A DNA stretch of 64,000 bases. It comes from Gemmatimonadota bacterium (lineage in GTDB: Bacteria > Gemmatimonadota > Gemmatimonadetes > Longimicrobiales > Gaopeijiaceae). The notes under the pieces are model-generated. The model ran no database searches, was not told where the DNA came from, and saw nothing but the letters and a program-made list of their open reading frames with translations. The position numbers and the translations under genes are program-made. Positions within the stretch are counted from its first letter, which is position 1. Every line of letters begins with the position of its first letter. The stretch covers positions 4,212 to 68,211 of the forward strand of contig JAPPNM010000177.1 in NCBI GenBank assembly GCA_028873825.1. Reading direction: 5' to 3'. Shown one piece after another: positions 55,367 to 64,000 of this stretch.

Positions 55367-56181
55367 TGGGGAGGCTTGGCGACGTCCTCGCGTCGCGGGG
55401 GAAGGGAAATCCCAAGGCCGAGATGCCCTTCCTGGACCATCTGGAGGAGCTGCGCCGGCGGATCCTGTGGAGCTTCCTCGCGGTGATCCTGGGCTTAGCC
55501 GCGGGTCTCTTCCTCGTCACGAACCCGCACGTCGACGTGATGCAGATCCTGCTCGGACCCGGCCGGGACCTGTTCGGAGAGGATTGGCTGCCCCAGGCGC
55601 TGTCTCCCACCGATCATTTCTTCGTCCTCCTGAAGGTCTCGCTGTGGATAGGCTTCATCCTGGCCTCTCCCACCCTCGTCCACCAGGCGTGGGCGTTCCT
55701 CGCGCCCGCGCTGGAGAAACGCGAAAAGCGGGCCATCGTTCCGGCGCTGTACATGGGGCTCGTCCTCTTCCTGCTCGGCGTGGCGGCGGCGTACTTCGTC
55801 GTCCTGCCGGTCTCCCTGCGGTTCCTGGTCGGCATCGGGACCGAGTTCATGACCCAGGGATGGACGGCCAACCTCTACTACGGTTTCATCGTCAAACTGC
55901 TGTTGGCGATGGGGTTCGTCTTCGAGCTGCCGGTGGTCATACTGGTGTTGAGCGCGCTGGGCGTGGTCACGCCCCGCTTTCTCAGAGCCAAGAGGCGCCA
56001 CGCCGTCGTCGCGGGCACGATCGTGGCCAGCATGATCTCGCCGGGGGACCTGCTGCTGGCGACGGTCATAATGGCGGGTTCGCTGATGCTGCTCTACGAA
56101 TTCGGTATCTTTCTCTCGGTGCTGGTCTGGAGAAGGCGGGCGGAGCGGGACGGCGGGTCCGAAGCGGAAGCCCGCGGGTGA
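55366..56181 (+). CDS. tatC: twin-arginine translocase subunit TatC
   Basis: MPFLDHLEELRRRIL... with six predicted TM helices. Confidence 0.88.
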   Translation: MGRLGDVLASRGKGNPKAEMPFLDHLEELRRRILWSFLAVILGLAAGLFLVTNPHVDVMQILLGPGRDLFGEDWLPQALSPTDHFFVLLKVSLWIGFILASPTLVHQAWAFLAPALEKREKRAIVPALYMGLVLFLLGVAAAYFVVLPVSLRFLVGIGTEFMTQGWTANLYYGFIVKLLLAMGFVFELPVVILVLSALGVVTPRFLRAKRRHAVVAGTIVASMISPGDLLLATVIMAGSLMLLYEFGIFLSVLVWRRRAERDGGSEAEARG

Positions 56182-56349
56182 ACCCGCGCGAGCGCCGGGG
56201 GGCGGCGCGTTGGCGGGGCGCTCTCGAGGCGGGAACGGCGCCGCCGCGAAGGTCCCCGGCGACGTGTCCGGTCCCTCGCGAGGATTCGCCCCCGGAGGCG
56301 ACGCCGAGCGGAGCCGCGAAGAGACGGGAAGTACAGTAAACATGACATA

Positions 56350-59295
56350 TTGGAAACCAGAGTTTACATCGTGACCGGACCGGCGCGGCGACCGGGCCCG
56401 GCGCCTCGCCGCTCGGGCGGTTTTATCCACGGACTGCTGGCCCTTGCGGCGGTTGCGGCGGCGCCGTCTCCGGCGTCCGGACAGCAGCTGACGGACTCGC
56501 TTCGCGACGTGGTCCGGTCGCGGCTGGAACGGCTCACGCGCGCGTGGGGGGACTCGACCGACCTGCTGCCGGACACTCTGTCGGCGGACTCGGCCGCGGC
56601 GCCGATGGTCCGGGACTCCACGCTCGGGCAGCTGCTGGGCCTCGAGGGCTACACCATGGTGGAGTACCGGGCGGAGGGGGCGGTCTTCGAACCTGAGGCC
56701 CGGCTGCTCACCCTGACGGGGTCGGAGGCGAACAGAGCCGTCATGCACCGCGACGGCCTCGAGCTGGAGGCGGACTCGGCGCTGGTCTTCGACGAGAACG
56801 CCGGCCGCCTGGTCACCGTCGGCGAGGAGGCCACCTTCACCCCCGAGGACGGAGATTCCGTGCTCACGCGCCAGATCATCTTCGACCTCAACGAGGACCG
56901 CGCCACCGCGGTGGACGCGCAAACGACGACGCAGGCCGGCGCGGGGAGCTGGCTCGTTCGCGGCGACTGCCCCTGGGTCGACGGAGACCGGTCGTACTGC
57001 CACCGGCTGCGGTTCACGAGCTGCGAAGAGGAGGAGCCCCACTACCACTTCCTCGCGCGCGAGATCAAGATCACCCCGGGGGGCACGATGGTCGCGCGCA
57101 ACGTTATCCTCTACTTCGCGGACGTAGGGGTCCTGTGGCTTCCCTTCATTGCGCAGAGCACCCAGACGGAGCGCCGCTCGGGCCTGCTCCCGGTTCGCTT
57201 CTCGGTGAACGACATCGTGCGCACCTCGGAGAGCTACTCGCGCCGGGTGTCCAACATGGGGTACTACTGGGCGATCAACGACTACGCCGACGCCGAGGTC
57301 GGAATCGACTGGTGGAGCGGCAACTACATGGCGGTAACGGGCGCGCTTCGGTACGAATGGGCACGCCAGTTCCTGGAGGGCGGGGCCAATTTCAGGCAGT
57401 TCTGGAGAGAGGGGGGCGGATCCGAACTCGCCGTCGACACCCGGCACCGCTGGGAGATTTCGGAGCGCAGCCGGGCGCAGGCCTCGTTCCGGTACGCGTC
57501 GAGTTCGTCCTTCGTGCGACGCAATTCGTTCGACCCCAGGGAGGTCACCCAGTCGATCGACTCGGAGGGCGGGTTCAGCCGGCGCTTCGACTGGGGGAAC
57601 CTCTCGGTGAACGCCAACCGCCGGCAGTTCCTGTCGGACGACAAGGTCGAGATGACGCTCCCCACCGTCAACCTCTCCCTGTCGCCGATCACCCTCTTCG
57701 GCGCGCCCCCCAACCGGGCCCGCTTCTACAACAACCTGACGTGGTCGGCTTCCGGCCGCATGTCTCGGTCGATACGCGACCTTCCGGCGCAGCCGCCCGA
57801 CACCTTCAGGCTGAGGTCCGCCGACACCGAGGCGTGGCGCGGCAGTTTCTCGACCAGCCTCTCGGCGGGCGCCCTCTCCGTTTCGCAGAGCGTCAACCTC
57901 AACCGGAACGTCGTCCTCGACGTGCCGCCGGGCTTCTTCGACCCCGACACCGCGACTCCCCCGGCGGGCGTGGGGAGCGTGGGGGACCTTCGGCAACCCC
58001 TCTTCCACACCCCGGCGGCCGCCGACAGCATGGACCACCGGGACGAGGAGCTGACCTGGTCGACCAGCGTCAACTACCAGGTGAACCTCGTGGGGTCCTC
58101 GTCGCTAACCCCGAGTCTCTCCGTTTCGGGCCGGTCGATCCGGTCCGACACCCTCTCGGCCGGCGACGGCGGTTTCGTCGCCGCTCCCCGCCGCCTTTCC
58201 TTCGGCGCGAGGCTCAAGGTCGACGTCTACGGCTTCTTCCTGGGAGACCGCATCCGGCACAAGTGGTCGCCGAGCTTCAACTACGCGTACTCGCCCGAGA
58301 CGAGACCGACCGATCTGCAGAAGCAGGTCTTCGGCGACCGCGCTATCCAGCCGAAGAACGAGATTCGGGTGGGGATGACCCAGACCTTCGAAATGAGGGT
58401 CTCGGATCCGGCCAAGGATTCGGCGGCCGCGGAGGAACCCGCGCGCGACCGGTCCGCCGGGCCCCGCCGGTTGCCCAAGGCGCGGAAGGTCACCCTGCTG
58501 GGGCTGCGAACCAGCGCCGTGACCTACGATTTCGAGCAAGCGGACGAGGCGGGCCACTTCAGCCGGGGTTTTGCGGAGAACCTGCGAATCTCGAACCAGA
58601 TCAGCTCGGACTACCTCCGGGGACTGTCCATTTCGGTGGAGCACGACATCTTCGAGCCCCCGGCCGAAGGCGGCGAGGCTGCGGCTGCGCTCGTCTTCGC
58701 TCCTTTCGCTTCCCGCGCGAACCTGTCGTTTTCGCTGAGCAACAAGTCCGGGCTGTTCCGCTGGCTGGGCGGGCTGGCGGGCGGCGGGGCGGAGGGAGAA
58801 TCCGCGTCCGCGGGGACCGGCGACGGGGAAGACGCGTCGGACCCGACGGGGCTGGAGACGGCGGATCTGGGCGAATCGACGGTCGTGCCGCGTTCCGGCG
58901 ACCGGCGCCGTTCGTCGCTCGGTTCCCGTAGGGGAGGAGGCAAGGTGGGCGAGTGGTCCGCCTCGCTCGCCTACTCCCTGGCGCGCGCCCGGGGAGCCGA
59001 AACGGACGGTAGCCGGATGCTGCAGGCGAACGTCCGGTTTCAGCCCACGGAGAAGTGGTCGGTGAATTGGAGGACTTCCTACGACATGGTGGCGGGCTCC
59101 TTCAACGACCATGTGATCAACCTCAAGCGGGAGATGCACCGCTGGGAGGCCGACTTCGCCTTCCGGCAGACGGCCACCGGCAACTGGACCTTCGTCTTCG
59201 AGGTGGCGTTGACGGACAACCGGGACCTGCACTTCGACTACGAGCAGCGGACCGGGGGACTGCAGACCGGGCCGAGCGGGTCCGGGCGGCGTTAG
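56350..59295 (+). CDS. large outer-membrane protein, LptD/OstA-like
   Basis: Signal peptide (GLLALAAVAAAPSPASGQQ; the start may be the GTG at 56371). OstA-like N-domain. Contains ARNVILYFADVGVLWLPFI and a long beta-rich region ending in an aromatic-rich strand. Confidence 0.6.
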   Translation: METRVYIVTGPARRPGPAPRRSGGFIHGLLALAAVAAAPSPASGQQLTDSLRDVVRSRLERLTRAWGDSTDLLPDTLSADSAAAPMVRDSTLGQLLGLEGYTMVEYRAEGAVFEPEARLLTLTGSEANRAVMHRDGLELEADSALVFDENAGRLVTVGEEATFTPEDGDSVLTRQIIFDLNEDRATAVDAQTTTQAGAGSWLVRGDCPWVDGDRSYCHRLRFTSCEEEEPHYHFLAREIKITPGGTMVARNVILYFADVGVLWLPFIAQSTQTERRSGLLPVRFSVNDIVRTSESYSRRVSNMGYYWAINDYADAEVGIDWWSGNYMAVTGALRYEWARQFLEGGANFRQFWREGGGSELAVDTRHRWEISERSRAQASFRYASSSSFVRRNSFDPREVTQSIDSEGGFSRRFDWGNLSVNANRRQFLSDDKVEMTLPTVNLSLSPITLFGAPPNRARFYNNLTWSASGRMSRSIRDLPAQPPDTFRLRSADTEAWRGSFSTSLSAGALSVSQSVNLNRNVVLDVPPGFFDPDTATPPAGVGSVGDLRQPLFHTPAAADSMDHRDEELTWSTSVNYQVNLVGSSSLTPSLSVSGRSIRSDTLSAGDGGFVAAPRRLSFGARLKVDVYGFFLGDRIRHKWSPSFNYAYSPETRPTDLQKQVFGDRAIQPKNEIRVGMTQTFEMRVSDPAKDSAAAEEPARDRSAGPRRLPKARKVTLLGLRTSAVTYDFEQADEAGHFSRGFAENLRISNQISSDYLRGLSISVEHDIFEPPAEGGEAAAALVFAPFASRANLSFSLSNKSGLFRWLGGLAGGGAEGESASAGTGDGEDASDPTGLETADLGESTVVPRSGDRRRSSLGSRRGGGKVGEWSASLAYSLARARGAETDGSRMLQANVRFQPTEKWSVNWRTSYDMVAGSFNDHVINLKREMHRWEADFAFRQTATGNWTFVFEVALTDNRDLHFDYEQRTGGLQTGPSGSGRR

Positions 59296-59603
59296 CGGTG
59301 CGGCGGAGGTGTTCTTCCCAGGGCCGCCGGCCGCCGGGCCCGTCCCGAAGACTGTCCGCCAACCGATGAACCCTCGTCCCCCGGTGAGGACGGGATCGAA
59401 CCGCTGCACGGTCGTAAGTCCGTTTGCAGCATGGCTTTTTCAGCTTGGCACAAAAAATGCTGTAGACAGCGTGCGGAAACTGGGACCCGTGGATCCGAAC
59501 CGGGCCCCGCGTCACGACCATTCCATTTCGCGCAATGAAATTGCAATGTCAGGTCGCGACGCGGTTGCGGGCCCGCGGAAGTGGAAATGAAACGAGGGAG
59601 AGT

Positions 59604-60710
59604 ATGCGATACCGGATGGTGGTAGCGGCTGCGGTCTGCCTGGGAGCTTGCGACGGGACGCTGGATCCCGTGGATGATCCCGCCCCGCCTCGCAATCTCG
59701 ACGGCGAATACTACAACATGGGGGTGGACCTGCGGTGGGAGCTGGATGACAGGTGGGACGGGGAGGCCTTCCGCGTCTACGGAAAACGGACCACCGAGGC
59801 GGAGTTCTTCTTCATTGCGGAGGTGACGAGCTGCGCCGAGGGCGTGTGCGTGTACCGGGACATCAACATCAGCCCGGAGCGCGCTTACGAGTACTACGCC
59901 GCGTCCGTGGACGGAGAGACGGGGACGGAGGCGGCCAGCCCGCGTTCGGTCGAGGTCTTCGTGCCCGCCCCCGTCCCCCCGCCGGTGCCCGCCGATGTCG
60001 AAGCCGTGGCGCTGGACGACGCGGTGTTTCTGCGCTGGAGGGACAACAGCTCCGGGGACGACGACTTCTCCGCGTACCGGGTCTACTCCAAGGGGGTCGA
60101 CGAGGACTATCTCCTCGGGGATACCGACTCTCCGGGATTCATCGACTTTCTGGCCGAGAACGGCGAGACATCCGAGTACTACGTCACGTCGGTGGACGTG
60201 CAGGGCCACGAGAGCGTCGCAAGCCGGACGGTGGAGAGCACGCCCCGGCCGGACTACGCGGGCGAGGTCGTTTTCGCCCACGACAACAAGCCGAAATCCT
60301 CCGGATTCCGCTTCCAGGAGTCGGACGACCTCCAGGCCGTCATCGACGGAAACAATGCCTACCGCCACTTCAGGATCGAGTACGACGACGGCAGGTTCTG
60401 GTTCGTTCCCGGACCGGACGCCTACGTTCACGGGACGCGCAAGGAGACCTCGGCTCTGAAGTGCGGTCCGCGGGCGGATTCGGACTGCGTTTCCTGGGAG
60501 GAGGCGCCGAGATCGGGGTATCTTTCGGATGAAATGCACCTGGAGGTCGGCTTCACCTACATGTTCTACGTTCCGGGAGACGACGGGGAGATGCGATACG
60601 GAGCGGTGCGCCCCACGCACACCGCAGCGTGCCCCGATCACTTCGTCATCTTCGACTGGGCGTATCAGACCCAGGCGGGAAACCCGCAACTGTCGCTGCC
60701 GCGGGGGTAG
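59604..60710 (+). CDS. lipoprotein with FN3-like domains, function unknown
   Basis: The ATG at 59604 is preceded by GAGGGAG. Lipobox AAVCLGAC. FN3-like patterns PPRNLDGEY...LRWE and PPVPADVEAVALDDAVFLRWRDN. Confidence 0.6.
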   Translation: MRYRMVVAAAVCLGACDGTLDPVDDPAPPRNLDGEYYNMGVDLRWELDDRWDGEAFRVYGKRTTEAEFFFIAEVTSCAEGVCVYRDINISPERAYEYYAASVDGETGTEAASPRSVEVFVPAPVPPPVPADVEAVALDDAVFLRWRDNSSGDDDFSAYRVYSKGVDEDYLLGDTDSPGFIDFLAENGETSEYYVTSVDVQGHESVASRTVESTPRPDYAGEVVFAHDNKPKSSGFRFQESDDLQAVIDGNNAYRHFRIEYDDGRFWFVPGPDAYVHGTRKETSALKCGPRADSDCVSWEEAPRSGYLSDEMHLEVGFTYMFYVPGDDGEMRYGAVRPTHTAACPDHFVIFDWAYQTQAGNPQLSLPRG

Positions 60711-60775
60711 CCGCCCGTGGACGGACCCGCCTCCCGCGCGGGCGCCGGGAGCGGCGGCGGCGCGGGCCGGCCGCC

Positions 60776-61711
60776 GTGACGACGGTGGTGGAGGCCGTAC
60801 CGAACTTCAGCGCGGGCCGGGATCCGGAATTCGTCGCGGAGGTGGCGGAGACGTTCGCGCGGGCGGGGTGCGAGGTTCTTAGCACCGATTCGGATCCCGA
60901 CCACAATCGCAGCGTCGTGACGGTGATCGGCGCGCCCCGCTCCGTGGAGGACGGCGCGGTGGAGGCGGCCCGGCTCGCCCGCGAACGCGTCGACCTTCGC
61001 GTTCACCGGGGCGTGCATCCCCGGGTGGGCGCACTCGACGTGCTGCCCTTCGTGCCCCTGGGGGGAATGGCCATGTCTCAGGCCGTCGAGATGGCCCGTC
61101 GCGCCGCCGCACGCATCAGTCGGCTGGGTATTCCCGCGTACCTCTACGGGAGGGCTTCGGAGCCGCCCGGCCGCGGACTCGCGTCCATCCGGCGGGGCGG
61201 ATTCGAGGCGCTCGTCGCCCGGGAGCCGGCCGGGCGAACGCGGGCCGACCTCCCCGGGCTGGACGAAGACGGGAACCCCGCCCACCTCTTCGCCCACCCG
61301 ACGGCCGGAGCCGCTTGCGTGGGAGCCAGGGCGGTCCTTCTGGCCTGGAACGTGGATGTGGAGGGGGTTTCCCCCGAGGAAGCCGGTAGGATCGCCTCGG
61401 GCATTCGGGAATCGGGCGGGGGCTTTCGCGGCTTGCGGGCGCTGGCGCTCTTCCTGCCGCGGCAGGGCCGGACCCAGGTCTCCATGAGCCTGGAGGCGCC
61501 TGACGAGACCGACCCGGCGGAGGTGTTCGCCGCGATCGAGGCGGGCGTCGGACGAGTCGGGGGGCGCGTGGCGGGGTCCGAGGTGATCGGCATGGCACCC
61601 GACGCCGTTACGGACTCCGTCGCCCGGGCGATTTTGATACGGGACTGGTCCCCCGACCGGGTCCTGAGCCGCCGGGTCGCCGCGCGCGCGGAGGCGGGTC
61701 CGGTCGGATGA
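60776..61711 (+). CDS. glutamate formimidoyltransferase (FtcD N-terminal type)
   Basis: GTG at 60776 within ORF 60629. Contains VEAVPNFSAGRD...DPDHNRSVVT... Confidence 0.7.
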   Translation: MTTVVEAVPNFSAGRDPEFVAEVAETFARAGCEVLSTDSDPDHNRSVVTVIGAPRSVEDGAVEAARLARERVDLRVHRGVHPRVGALDVLPFVPLGGMAMSQAVEMARRAAARISRLGIPAYLYGRASEPPGRGLASIRRGGFEALVAREPAGRTRADLPGLDEDGNPAHLFAHPTAGAACVGARAVLLAWNVDVEGVSPEEAGRIASGIRESGGGFRGLRALALFLPRQGRTQVSMSLEAPDETDPAEVFAAIEAGVGRVGGRVAGSEVIGMAPDAVTDSVARAILIRDWSPDRVLSRRVAARAEAGPVG

Positions 61712-61822
61712 CGGACCGTCCGTCACCGGCGGCCGGGTCGCCGCGCGCGTGGAAGCGGACCAGACAGTAGGGGTAGGGCACCCCTACTGGAAGCCGGGTC
61801 GCCGCGCGCGTGGAAGCGGATC
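61671..61822 (+). repeat. three direct repeats of about 28 nt at 61-nt period; intervening segments are palindromic
   Basis: GCCGGGTCGCCGCGCGCG(C/T)GGA(G/A)GCGG at 61671, 61732 and 61793. Copies 2 and 3 are identical over 28 nt. Between the copies: TGACGGAC-C-GTCCGTCA (61709-61725) and CAGTAGGGGT-AGGGC-ACCCCTACTG (61765-61789). Confidence 0.8.
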
Positions 61823-62001
61823 CGCCGGTGCGATGCGAAGACCGCGGTGCGGGCGGTGCGGGAGCGGCACCGACCGAGCGCGCGCGCGCGCGCAATGTGC
61901 CTTTCCCGGTCCTCATGCTAACTTGTCTCCGGGTGGCAGGTGGCTTCCGGGGAAGATTCCGTCCCGGGCCGTCGGCGGGATAATCCTCACAACGCGCGCG
62001 C

Positions 62002-63006
62002 ATGTCCGACACCACGACGGTTCGGCGGGGGGCGACGACGGTGTCGCCCGGCATCCAGGCCCCCGTGAGGGACCGCCTCGATCTGGTGCTGGAGAATCTG
62101 CGCGGGATCGCGGTTTCGGACTTCTCCATGATCGAGGAGGTCAACGCCTACCTGCTCGACGTGCCGGGCAAGCTGTTTCGGCCCACGCTGCTGCTCCTCG
62201 CTAGCGATGTCGGGGGAGAGTCGTCCGAAGACGCGGTGACGCTGGGGGCCGTGGTGGAACTCGTCCATATCGCGACGCTCGTACACGACGACGCCGTGGA
62301 TCATTCGGTGCTCCGGCGCGGGATGCCGACCGTCAATTCGCTGTGGACGCACCAGATCGCGATCATCATGGGCGACTACCTGTACAGCCGCGCCGTGACC
62401 GAACTGGCGCGGCTCGGAAACCTGGAGGCGGTGCGGGTTCTGGCGACCGCGGCCAACACGATGAGCGTGGGGGAGATGCGGCAGCTTCTTTCCTACGACG
62501 ACGTCACCTACTCCGAGGCCGAGTACTACCGTCTCATCGCCGCCAAGACCGCGTCGCTCATGTCGGCGGCGTGCGAGATGGGAGCGTTGGCGGGCGTGCG
62601 GGCCCTCCGCGTCCCGTTCAGGCGTTTCGGGCATTTCCTCGGCATGGCCTTTCAGATCGCCGACGACATGCTCGACTACGCCGGACGCGAAGACGTGACC
62701 GGCAAGCCCGGCGGCCTCGACCTGCGGGAACGGAAGGTCACCCTGCCGCTGGTGGGCGCGCTGAGGGAGATGTCGCCTCCGGAGGTCGACCAGATCCGTC
62801 ATGTGTTCACGCTGACGGATCCGGGCGACGACGAAGTCGGGGCCGCGATCGACCTGGTGCGCCGAAACGGAGGGCTCGAGTACGCGCGCCGCAAGGCGCT
62901 GGAGTACGCCGGTTCGGCAGAGGCGGAGATCGCGGGGCTCACGCCCGGCCCGGCCCTCGACGCCCTCTCCGAAGCCGTCGTATACGCTGTGGACCGGTCA
63001 CGATAG
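62002..63006 (+). CDS. polyprenyl diphosphate synthase (trans-IPPS, long-chain type)
   Basis: First Asp-rich motif LVHDDAVD. Second Asp-rich motif FQIADDMLD. Confidence 0.88.
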   Translation: MSDTTTVRRGATTVSPGIQAPVRDRLDLVLENLRGIAVSDFSMIEEVNAYLLDVPGKLFRPTLLLLASDVGGESSEDAVTLGAVVELVHIATLVHDDAVDHSVLRRGMPTVNSLWTHQIAIIMGDYLYSRAVTELARLGNLEAVRVLATAANTMSVGEMRQLLSYDDVTYSEAEYYRLIAAKTASLMSAACEMGALAGVRALRVPFRRFGHFLGMAFQIADDMLDYAGREDVTGKPGGLDLRERKVTLPLVGALREMSPPEVDQIRHVFTLTDPGDDEVGAAIDLVRRNGGLEYARRKALEYAGSAEAEIAGLTPGPALDALSEAVVYAVDRSR

Positions 63007-63012
63007 AGCCGA

Positions 63013-63291
63013 ATGGAATCGAGTTACAAGCGAAACATCACGCGTGGGCTCTGGACCCTGGTCCTGGGGCTGTTCCTGGGCGGACTTCTCACGAAGCTCG
63101 CCGAGAGATTCCTGCTGCCGGAGAGCGCGCCGCGTTCGTTCCTCACCACCTCGGTGAGCGCGTCGTTCGGCCCGGTGTCCGTCAATCTCGTGTCCGTCGA
63201 CTTCACGGTGGGACCCGTGTCCTTCGTGTTGAACGTGCTCACGCTGGTCGGCATTGCGCTCGTGGCGCTGGTGATTCGCTCCTGGTTCTAG
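63013..63291 (+). CDS. small membrane protein, function unknown
   Basis: 92 aa with predicted TM helices (GLWTLVLGLFLGGLL and LNVLTLVGIALVALVI). Lies 6 nt after the synthase gene. Confidence 0.4.
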   Translation: MESSYKRNITRGLWTLVLGLFLGGLLTKLAERFLLPESAPRSFLTTSVSASFGPVSVNLVSVDFTVGPVSFVLNVLTLVGIALVALVIRSWF

Positions 63292-63488
63292 CGGGTCCGC
63301 GGACAAAATCCCGCCGGTAGTTCGGGCGGCCGCTCGGGGTGCTCGCGGGGCTTCATCCACGGATTGCCAGCGGTCCGCGGACTCGGTCTTTCGCGAACGG
63401 CGCGGGGAAGGTTAGGTTGTCCAAACGGCCCGCCGCGGGGGTTCGAGGGCGCGATCCCGCATTTCCAGATCACAAGGAGGCAGCGGAC

Positions 63489-63743
63489 ATGCCATTCAAT
63501 TTCGGCATCGGCGAAACGATCCTGATCTTCCTTGTCGTGCTGCTCCTCTTCGGCGCCAAGCGGCTTCCCGAGATCGGGACGTCCCTGGGGAAGGGAATCA
63601 GGGAGTTCAAGTCCTCGGTGCGTGAAATCGAGTCCTCGGTGCGAAACGAAGGCGAACTGAAACCCCCTCGCGAAGACGTCTCCGCGGCCGAGACCGCGGA
63701 CGCCGGCGAAAGGGGCGCGCCCCGGCGCCTCACCCGGGGCTGA
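63489..63743 (+). CDS. tatA: twin-arginine translocase subunit TatA/E
   Basis: MPFNFGIGETILIFLVVLLLFGAKRLPEIGTSLGKGIREFK. AAGGAGG lies 9 nt upstream of the ATG. Confidence 0.9.
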   Translation: MPFNFGIGETILIFLVVLLLFGAKRLPEIGTSLGKGIREFKSSVREIESSVRNEGELKPPREDVSAAETADAGERGAPRRLTRG

Positions 63744-63762
63744 TTCGCACGACCGCCTGCCG

Positions 63763-64000
63763 TCAGAAGACGGGGGGCAGCCTCACCTGATCCTCGGTCT
63801 CGGGCGGGTCGAGCACCTCCTCGCGCCGGTCGACGATCTCGGCCTCCTCGCGCAGCGCTTCGATCCATTGGAAGAGCCGCTGCTCCCGAAGTGCGCCGAG
63901 CAGCCGGGACCGCTGAACGTCGATCTGGTCGCGCCAAGCCAGGCTGTCGGCGGCTTGCAGGGCCGTGAGTTCGATGACGAAGGCGTTCTGGTTCGCCTGA
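63763..64000 (-). CDS. C-terminal end of a gene continuing beyond the right edge (possibly a SurA/PpiD-like chaperone tail)
   Basis: Hand translation of the minus strand: ...QANQNAFVIELTALQAADSLAWRDQIDVQRSRLLGALREQRLFQWIEALREEAEIVDRREEVLDPPETEDQVRLPPVF*. Stop at 63763-63765. The product guess is weak. Confidence 0.35.
   Translation of the reverse strand, partial: QANQNAFVIELTALQAADSLAWRDQIDVQRSRLLGALREQRLFQWIEALREEAEIVDRREEVLDPPETEDQVRLPPVF

Noticed and set aside
59382-59455. A complete tRNA gene on the minus strand.
   Set aside because: T-loop and 3' acceptor-like sequence are present, but no complementary 5' acceptor strand or D-arm could be found and the T-stem pairs poorly. At best it is a fragment.
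61671-61822. Mini CRISPR array (3 repeats, 2 spacers).
   Set aside because: Only three units are present. The first lies inside a CDS, the spacers are self-complementary hairpins, and there are no cas genes in 64 kb. It is reported as a repeat, not as CRISPR.

Overview
High-GC (about 70%) bacterial chromosomal fragment; the taxon cannot be determined from the sequence alone. Many long ORFs in the track are antisense or out-of-frame shadows typical of high-GC DNA. The window has two parts.

(1) Positions 1 to about 35,900 are an accessory defence and mobile-element island. It contains:
- A four-gene, translationally coupled membrane module on the minus strand (1-3772). It includes a MotA/ExbB-family channel with a long helical tail (ZorA-like architecture), a MotB/TolR-like anchor, a membrane-anchored vWA-like protein and a multi-TM coiled-coil protein.
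- A complete type 1 BREX system: brxA, brxB, brxC, pglX, pglZ, brxL (5166-31107).
- About 16 kb of cargo wired into two slots inside the BREX operon: an ABC-type ATPase, an Abi_2 protein, an orphan Phd/YefM-like gene overlapping the pglX start, a 1275-aa SIR2-domain protein overlapping the pglX stop, and four COG2865/Schlafen-like (AlbA_2 + HATPase_c_4) paralogues.
- Recombination scars among the cargo: gene stubs and a 33-nt internal pglX repeat.
- Two AT-rich, repeat-dense intergenic regions.
- A convergent AAA-ATPase + DUF4276-like pair.
- A relA/spoT fragment, a Phd-VapC toxin-antitoxin pair, a frameshifted ArdC-like gene and a truncated IS256-family transposase.

(2) Positions 35,900-64,000 look like ordinary chromosome. 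This part holds secreted Ig-like/beta-propeller lipoproteins, an alpha-carbonic anhydrase, a tandem TonB_C protein, relA/spoT, uvrB, tsaE, tsaB, an epimerase, tolQ-tolR-tolA-tolB-pal-cpoB, nrdR, tatC, an LptD-like outer-membrane protein, a formimidoyltransferase, a polyprenyl synthase and tatA.

All functional calls come from motif recognition by eye and none has been checked by a database search. The best candidates for something new are the SIR2/Phd/Abi_2/COG2865 cargo coupled to pglX and the ZorAB-like module with vWA and coiled-coil partners.
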